A stretch of 39,356 bases of DNA from a virus. Its lineage: Duplodnaviria > Caudoviricetes. The notes below the pieces were generated by a model, which made no database searches, was not told the DNA's origin, and was given only the letters and a program-made list of their open reading frames with translations. Positions 33,728 to 39,356 of the stretch are shown here, piece by piece; the stretch's first letter is position 1, and each line of letters begins with the position of its first letter. The position numbers and the translations under genes are program-made. The stretch is taken from positions 1 to 39,356 of the IMG/VR virus record IMGVR_UViG_3300037458_000523. One strand, given 5' to 3'.

Positions 33728-35356
33728 ATGATCCGGCTAGAGAGCTTTAAGGCTCTTGAGGCTTCTCTTTCGGCACGACTGGCAAAGGCCCTGCGGGATG
33801 CCACAAGTGGTTTGTACACCCGCATTCAGGAGAAGGTTGATTCGGGGGATTTGGACGGTGCCAGAGGGCTTGCTGAAGGGTTGAGCCTCACTGGGTTTCT
33901 TGCCCCCCATGTTCCCTACCTGATCTATGTTACCCATCTGTCCATGCTCTTTGGGGCAAGCAGGGTGACCCGGAAGCCGGGGACTTCCGTCGTAGGACTG
34001 GGGCACGAGAAGGATGTCGCCTTTCAAATGGTTCAGACGCTACAGCAGACACTCACTCTGAATGCTGAAGACTACTTGCGGAAGGCGGCTTTGCAGTTAA
34101 TTGCACTGCAATCTAGCCAAGTTGCCAAGGCCGAGCCAGCCCAGAACCGTATCCTCCATGACTTTGCCTCGTTCATGGATGCTAGCGGTAAGGAGTTCTT
34201 CAACATCGCCGCCTCCCTGCATACGTCACGAGTTTCTGCCTACGGGTTTACGGCAGAGGCAGACGTTCTTGGGTTGGAGGAGTACCAGATCAACGAGCAA
34301 TTGGATAGCAGAACGTGCCCAGTATGTAGGGCAATGCACGGTAAGAAGTTCCGCGTTTCTGATGCTCGGGCTACCTTGAACGTTACCACCCGGGTAACTG
34401 ATCCCGCAGATTTGAAGCAGTTGGCCCCATGGCCAAAGCAGTCCAAGGATGAAGTTGCGAAACTGTCTTCCATGGGGACTTCTGAATTGGTTGCCGCAGG
34501 ATGGCATGTTCCACCATTCCACCCACGTTGCCGTGGTCTTCTTGGGAGGGTGGGGACTGTTCCAACGCTTGCCCAGCTTGATTCTGGTAGCCCGCAGTCA
34601 TCTGATCGCTATACCGCAACCCAGGCTGATTTCGCCGCGTTGGGAGTACCCCAAGAGGGGGCTTGGGTAAAGAACTGGAATACCCACGTCTCACTCCCAC
34701 CCGCAGAATTGATTGCACGCCTCCGTGGGCAGTCTGCCGACGAGTTTATGAGTGGGTTGGTATTGGCAGATTCTCCGGCCAAAGTCTCGGGCATCCAATC
34801 CCTTAGCGCGACAGCTAGTGGGGCTGGGGTCAAGATTACGGCCCCATTGTTTGGTTCATCATCCCCGGTTTCTCAGTCCGTAATTCTTACTGCCGATTCT
34901 TTTGGCCTAGATTACATGACCATGGCCCCCGGGGATAACCCGGACAAGCTGTTCAAGAAGTATATGCAGCGGGTGTATAATCTTGCATCCGATTTGGGCG
35001 TGAAGCACATTGCTCTGACGGCCAACATGGAGGTAGGGGGGTACGCTTGGGCCAAGTACGGATTTCGCCCATCAACTTTGTCCCAGTGGGAGTCACTAAA
35101 GAGGGATGTAGTTAAAGGGCTTAAGAAGTCGGGGTCACTTTCCAGATTGGACCCAGACCTCATGCAGGCATTTAAGGCTATAATGGCGTCAGCAGACCCA
35201 GCCTCTGTGTTCTTTCTGTCCGATCTGTCTTTGCCTGTCGCTGGTGGTCGGGCTTTTGGAGAGGCCGCTCTATCGGGGACCTTGTGGGAAGGGCTTTTGT
35301 CTTTGTCTGATGAGGAGGCGGTGACACGCTTCCTAACGTACCTTGGGGCATCATGA
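33728..35356 (+). CDS. MuF/SPP1 gp7-like head morphogenesis protein with a C-terminal GNAT-like extension
   Basis: LDSRTCPVCRAMHG and PPFHPRCR; directly after portal; C-terminal LGVKHIALTANMEVGGYAWAKYGF. Confidence 0.85.
   Translation: MIRLESFKALEASLSARLAKALRDATSGLYTRIQEKVDSGDLDGARGLAEGLSLTGFLAPHVPYLIYVTHLSMLFGASRVTRKPGTSVVGLGHEKDVAFQMVQTLQQTLTLNAEDYLRKAALQLIALQSSQVAKAEPAQNRILHDFASFMDASGKEFFNIAASLHTSRVSAYGFTAEADVLGLEEYQINEQLDSRTCPVCRAMHGKKFRVSDARATLNVTTRVTDPADLKQLAPWPKQSKDEVAKLSSMGTSELVAAGWHVPPFHPRCRGLLGRVGTVPTLAQLDSGSPQSSDRYTATQADFAALGVPQEGAWVKNWNTHVSLPPAELIARLRGQSADEFMSGLVLADSPAKVSGIQSLSATASGAGVKITAPLFGSSSPVSQSVILTADSFGLDYMTMAPGDNPDKLFKKYMQRVYNLASDLGVKHIALTANMEVGGYAWAKYGFRPSTLSQWESLKRDVVKGLKKSGSLSRLDPDLMQAFKAIMASADPASVFFLSDLSLPVAGGRAFGEAALSGTLWEGLLSLSDEEAVTRFLTYLGAS
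34091..34106 (-). repeat. dispersed quasi-palindromic motif, copy 7
   Basis: + strand TTGCAGTTAATTGCAC, inside the MuF gene. Confidence 0.8.
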
Positions 35357-35529
35357 TGAAGGGACCAGTATTCGTTACCGCCCCTGAAGGCCGGAGAGAC
35401 TCCCCGGTGCATCTCCCCGTCCTTTCCACGGTGAAATTGCCAAAAACCAAGGCTATGGAAGGGGCCCTGAAAAGAGGGGCTGCGCTTGGCTTTTCCCCGG
35501 ACCAACTCAAGAAACTATTGGGGGCCTGA
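35353..35529 (+). CDS. small hypothetical protein (58 aa), possible immunity/antitoxin partner
   Basis: ATGA overlap with the MuF stop and TGATG overlap with the next start; MMKGPVFVTAPEG...LKKLLGA. Confidence 0.6.
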   Translation: MMKGPVFVTAPEGRRDSPVHLPVLSTVKLPKTKAMEGALKRGAALGFSPDQLKKLLGA

Positions 35530-38500
35530 TGTTTGCGTCTATTCTCAAGTTGTCATCCCCTGTCCAGCCAGTGGCGTTTGCGGCCATCTTGAAGTTCGAT
35601 GTCAATCAGCGTCGGGATAAGCGGGGTAGGTGGACCACAGGGGGAGGGGCAGCTACAAGCCTAGCCTCGGAAAAGAACACCCGTGACTACAAGGTAGACG
35701 ATGTAGTGGCCTCAGCCTTGGGGAACGATCTGTCACGCATGGAGGAGTACCATGCGGCAATTGAGCGTGTGTCAGCGATGCTTGAGCAAGGAGGCTACGA
35801 GACAGCGCACCTTCACACCAAGAATGGGGATGGCACTGGAGGGTATTCCCCGTCCCGCCGAAAGCTGCACCGAGCCATCATTGACCACTATCTGGGGGAT
35901 CGGAAATTTGCCAAGCCAGCACCGGGGACCCCACCCACCTTTACTGTTCTGGGGGGACGAGGGGGTTCAGGAAAGAGCAATTTTGACGCCTCAGGGGAAC
36001 GACCCGGAGAGTTTTCCGTGTACTCCAAGAAGAAGGCGGTTGTAATTGATCCCGACGCAATTCGGGAGCTTCTTCCAGAGTATGACCCTCAGTTGGCAGC
36101 ATTGACTCATGCTGAGGCCGTTCATGTTGCCGACCGCATCAAGTCTGCGGCCATGAAGCTAGGGTTGAACGTGGTGCTGGACATAACCATGAAAACCTAC
36201 CACGGGGACATGATATACAAGGCGAAGAAGGCTGGGTACAGGACAGAGGCTCACTTCATGCACCGGACCCCGGAGGCAGCCTTGAAGGGGGCTGTTTCTA
36301 GGTGGAACAGAGAGACTCTTATCCTGAACCCGATTACCAAGGAAGCGCGCAAGTTTCCTAGATCGCGGTTGGTGCCTCCAGCAGTGGTGGAGGCTAATGT
36401 CAATAACGAGCGGAATTTTGATCGTATGGCGAAGAATGTTGATAGCTGGACGCTGGTCACCAACGAAGCCGACCATGGATTCAAGGGGCGTCTTGTGGCT
36501 TCTGGGGAAAAGGTCAAGAAGGAGTTTGCGAAAATCCTCAAAGCAAACCCCTACCATGACGCGAAGGGAAGATTTGCGTCCAAGGATACAGCGGCATCGG
36601 CCTCCCATAAAGAACTGAAGCTGGCCCCAGCCGATTGGAAACCCGAATTCAAGTCGGAGCCCCATACCCCTGAAAACTTGGAGTTTATTCAGGGTGTCGC
36701 CAGTTCGGTGACGAAGGAGATACTCGCCAAGTACCCAGTTCTTGCGGACGTGGACGTGGAGCTATCTCGGGTCAGGCCAAAAGGCGGGTGCCATGGTAAC
36801 TGTACCTACGCTCCGAATGATCTTTCTGTTACCAGTGTGGTGTCCCTTTCGGACTTTTCAGATGATGAACTCTTGAATGCGGCTGAGGTAGAAGACAGGC
36901 TTCAAAAATCCGGTATGCCGAGGTGGTCAGTTAATGCTGCGGATCGTATGGCCCTTGACAGAACGGCTGTGGCGGCGGGGACCTTCCGCCATGAGTTTGG
37001 TCATGTCTTGGCTCGCCTTGCTCAAGCGTGGGCCCCGAAAAAGATGTCTGTGCTACAAGATTCTGCATGGAAGGCCGCCGAGGAGAAGACCCGTGCGGCG
37101 AGGGAGGATAGTACACGGAAGTGGATTGCGAAGAATGTAAGTGCCTACGCTCTTAGGAACCTCCATGAATTTCATGCGGAACTGTTCGCGCAAGTCTCCC
37201 ACCCTTCCTATGTGAAAGGGACTTTGCCCAAACAAATGGAGGCTTTGGCGGAAAACATTGTGCACTTAGCTGGACGACAAGCGACGCACTTGAAGAAGTG
37301 GGCAAAGAAAGAAGAGGCTATGGACAAGCTTGCGCTGCACATCAACATCGACCCCCCATTGTCGGGGGTAGTGAAAGAGGTAGCTCGGTTGATAAAGAGT
37401 GGCCCACAGCCCAAGCTACCTACTGTGCAGCCGGTTCGTAAGGGGTTCGCTACGATCCTCAAGGCTAACCCGTACCATGAGCCAGCAGGGTCCCCGAAGG
37501 GAGGGCAATTCACGTCTAAGGAGAAGGCCCAGTACAGGCTAGGGCTTGGCACAGGATTCGCTTCCGCCTTGAATGATTTGATGTACTTCACAAGTGGGTC
37601 AGCCAGCCCGTCCTCAGTTAGCTTCTTGAAGGCTCAGGCTTTGGCAAATAACTTGAAGGCCAAGGCGCACGGTGTTCCAGACATCGCCTTAGCTTATGAC
37701 TGGAAGCAGCACGGCCATCTTGACTCGACCATGGCAGAAGTGGGAATCCAGTTAACTGAGGAGCAGAAAAAGGCCATGGCACACTGGGCCGCGAATTCTG
37801 CTGCGGCAGGCAAGAAACTCTCCACGATGATGGACAAGGAGTATCCGGTTCATTACGCCAAGTTGCAGGAGGCCATAGATAAGCATGGGGTCGATAGTGC
37901 CGAGGTCAAGAAGTTGATGAAGGTCGATCTCTCCTACGACATGCAAGCCTACAAGTTTGGGGCATCTCCCGCCATGGTTGCCTCCATGCACAAGGACGCT
38001 GAGGCCGCTTACAAGAAGGCCAAGGAAGACGCCCTCGCCCAGAAGACCGCCGAGCTTGCCGGCATCCTCACCCCCGCCCCTGTGGGAACCCATAGCGCAA
38101 GCACCGAGGTTCCCAAGTATCAAGGGTCTGCTACCGAGGACGGGGGCCTGAAGATGTATGACAAGTTGGGGACCCATTATTACCGCCTCCAAGCAACGCT
38201 AGGACAATCCCACCCCGACACGGCTGCGGCCCATCATGAGTGGGCGCAGGTAAAGGCTGAGATGAGCCAGAAGGGGTGGGCAGATGCTGACAAGCTTTCT
38301 AAAATGGCTTATGACCTGAAACTTAAGGTCACTGAGGAGTTAGCAAAGGTTAAGAAGGACATTCTTGCCGGTGTCTTCACAGCACACAAAGACCATGCCC
38401 TACATGGGTCGGGTACGGCCAAATCACTGGGGGAGCTTTACCAAGCTGCGCTGAAAGCAGGGGTCCCCAATCATGAGATTATGGATACCATCTCCTCGGC

Positions 38501-39356
38501 AGAAACTTGGGCTAAGGACCTTAAGGCGGCACAGAAAAATGAGGCCATTGCCGCGATAAAGTCAGCTTCATTAAAGCTAGCTTCTGCGAGTTACGAGGGG
38601 ACGAATACCTCTAACCATGCCGCCGCTGTTGCCGCGTTGCTGTCAGCAAAGACGGCGGGACTTGCACATCTCTCGAAAGCTGAACTTGCCGCCGCAGAGC
38701 AAGAGGGGGTGAAGCAGTGGGAGACTGTAAAGAAAGCTTTGGATAGTGCTGCTGCGAAGCATGGGTCTTCGGCAGCTACAGGAAGTAACCCTGCTGATGG
38801 AAACTTCCGCCTAGTTGAGTTGGGAGGAAACTCTACAGGTAAAACAATCTCCTACGCAGATTTTCTGGATCACGCCAAAACCCTTACTAAGGGTCTATCA
38901 GATGGGGAAACAAGCGCCATTGAGAGTTATACGGGGTCTGGCTATAAGAAAATCAACAAGTCACTTGGAGCAGCCGCAGACGCTTTGAAGTCGGGAGCGG
39001 TCCCCGATATAGATGATTCTGCCGTTTTCAAGAAGATTAAGGGTCTGGATAGCGCCCTAGCCAAGTCCACTCTTGGCCATGATACGGTGGTCTTCCGTAA
39101 CTTGGCGGGTAAGTGGTTCTGGAAGGATTTGGGAGTGGACTCTTCTAAGGTTACCTCCTCCCCGGACTTCGGAGGGCTTACTGAGGCTGACTTGAAAGGT
39201 TTTGAGGGGCGTGTTTACAAAGAGAATGCGTTTTCTTCTACGAGCATCAAGCAGAATAACAGTGCCCAATTCCAAACCGCCTCCGCAGAGGTAGGAACGG
39301 TGAAGCTGGTGGTGCGTGTTCCGAAGGACCAGCCCGCCCTTTATGTTGATCACATT
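35529..39356 (+). CDS. large polyvalent/multi-effector protein (zeta-toxin-like kinase + zincin peptidase + VIP2-like ADP-ribosyltransferase); 3'-truncated by window edge
   Basis: Translated by hand: open for 1276 codons with no stop, hence absent from the ORF track. GGRGGSGKS (35952-35978) and IDPDAIRELLPEY; HEFGH (36990-37004) and SAYA...EFHAELFA; YTGSGYKKIN, VVFRN, FSSTS (39231-39245). Confidence 0.88.
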   Translation, partial: MFASILKLSSPVQPVAFAAILKFDVNQRRDKRGRWTTGGGAATSLASEKNTRDYKVDDVVASALGNDLSRMEEYHAAIERVSAMLEQGGYETAHLHTKNGDGTGGYSPSRRKLHRAIIDHYLGDRKFAKPAPGTPPTFTVLGGRGGSGKSNFDASGERPGEFSVYSKKKAVVIDPDAIRELLPEYDPQLAALTHAEAVHVADRIKSAAMKLGLNVVLDITMKTYHGDMIYKAKKAGYRTEAHFMHRTPEAALKGAVSRWNRETLILNPITKEARKFPRSRLVPPAVVEANVNNERNFDRMAKNVDSWTLVTNEADHGFKGRLVASGEKVKKEFAKILKANPYHDAKGRFASKDTAASASHKELKLAPADWKPEFKSEPHTPENLEFIQGVASSVTKEILAKYPVLADVDVELSRVRPKGGCHGNCTYAPNDLSVTSVVSLSDFSDDELLNAAEVEDRLQKSGMPRWSVNAADRMALDRTAVAAGTFRHEFGHVLARLAQAWAPKKMSVLQDSAWKAAEEKTRAAREDSTRKWIAKNVSAYALRNLHEFHAELFAQVSHPSYVKGTLPKQMEALAENIVHLAGRQATHLKKWAKKEEAMDKLALHINIDPPLSGVVKEVARLIKSGPQPKLPTVQPVRKGFATILKANPYHEPAGSPKGGQFTSKEKAQYRLGLGTGFASALNDLMYFTSGSASPSSVSFLKAQALANNLKAKAHGVPDIALAYDWKQHGHLDSTMAEVGIQLTEEQKKAMAHWAANSAAAGKKLSTMMDKEYPVHYAKLQEAIDKHGVDSAEVKKLMKVDLSYDMQAYKFGASPAMVASMHKDAEAAYKKAKEDALAQKTAELAGILTPAPVGTHSASTEVPKYQGSATEDGGLKMYDKLGTHYYRLQATLGQSHPDTAAAHHEWAQVKAEMSQKGWADADKLSKMAYDLKLKVTEELAKVKKDILAGVFTAHKDHALHGSGTAKSLGELYQAALKAGVPNHEIMDTISSAETWAKDLKAAQKNEAIAAIKSASLKLASASYEGTNTSNHAAAVAALLSAKTAGLAHLSKAELAAAEQEGVKQWETVKKALDSAAAKHGSSAATGSNPADGNFRLVELGGNSTGKTISYADFLDHAKTLTKGLSDGETSAIESYTGSGYKKINKSLGAAADALKSGAVPDIDDSAVFKKIKGLDSALAKSTLGHDTVVFRNLAGKWFWKDLGVDSSKVTSSPDFGGLTEADLKGFEGRVYKENAFSSTSIKQNNSAQFQTASAEVGTVKLVVRVPKDQPALYVDHI

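Noticed and set aside
3487-34106. GCAATTAACTGC repeats as a CRISPR array
   Set aside because: The copies are kilobases apart, with no repeat-spacer periodicity and no cas genes.
23794-37758. Partial motif matches (GGCAGTTAATGT ~23794, CAGTTAATGC ~36928, CAGTTAACTG ~37749)
   Set aside because: Too short to separate from chance by eye, so not counted as copies.
94-39353. Numerous minus-strand ORFs in the track (e.g. 12509-13630, 3819-4529, 23519-24259, 26950-27678, and those over 36-39 kb)
   Set aside because: They are antisense shadows of well-supported + strand genes, with no recognisable motifs or RBS.
1-39356. tRNA/rRNA genes, integrase, transposase, introns/inteins
   Set aside because: None recognised. 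Intergenic gaps are short, and the polymerase and RtcB motifs are contiguous. No covariance search was run.

Overview
This window is a 39 kb segment of a tailed dsDNA bacteriophage genome. Essentially all credible genes are on the + strand and are densely packed. (1) 1-5963: a putative DNA/amine-modification cluster, comprising a SET+post-SET domain fused to a YkgJ-like Cys cluster, a 2OG-Fe(II) oxygenase, a PAPS-reductase/IbrA-like PP-loop protein, a GNAT, an HNH-like Zn protein, three ParB/Srx-like proteins and a degenerate C5-methyltransferase-like protein. (2) ~6-21 kb: small early/accessory ORFs, including NinX-like, SWIM, RtcB, an ART-like protein, a divergent ATP-dependent DNA ligase, a secreted Gly-rich protein, and two ORFs bounded by integron attC-like sites. 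(3) ~21-29 kb: MazG-like, dNMP kinase, a PPDK-like dikinase lacking the canonical pyruvate-binding domain, a CsrA-like protein and two Cys-dependent phosphatases. (4) Family A DNA polymerase. (5) Head module: portal, a MuF protein with a GNAT-like tail, and a >1276-codon ORF (35529 to the window end) missing from the ORF track. That ORF carries zeta-like kinase, HExxH peptidase and VIP2-like ADP-ribosyltransferase domains, each preceded by a repeated FAxILK-[A/F]-..-G[R/Q][F/W] motif. Non-coding signals: 11 sigma70-type promoters all with a 16-bp spacer, GGA-loop hairpins over the RBS of most promoter-proximal genes, a dispersed quasi-palindrome (core GCAATTAACTGC, 7 exact copies) and an inverted attC-like site. 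All calls come from reading motifs by eye; no searches were run.
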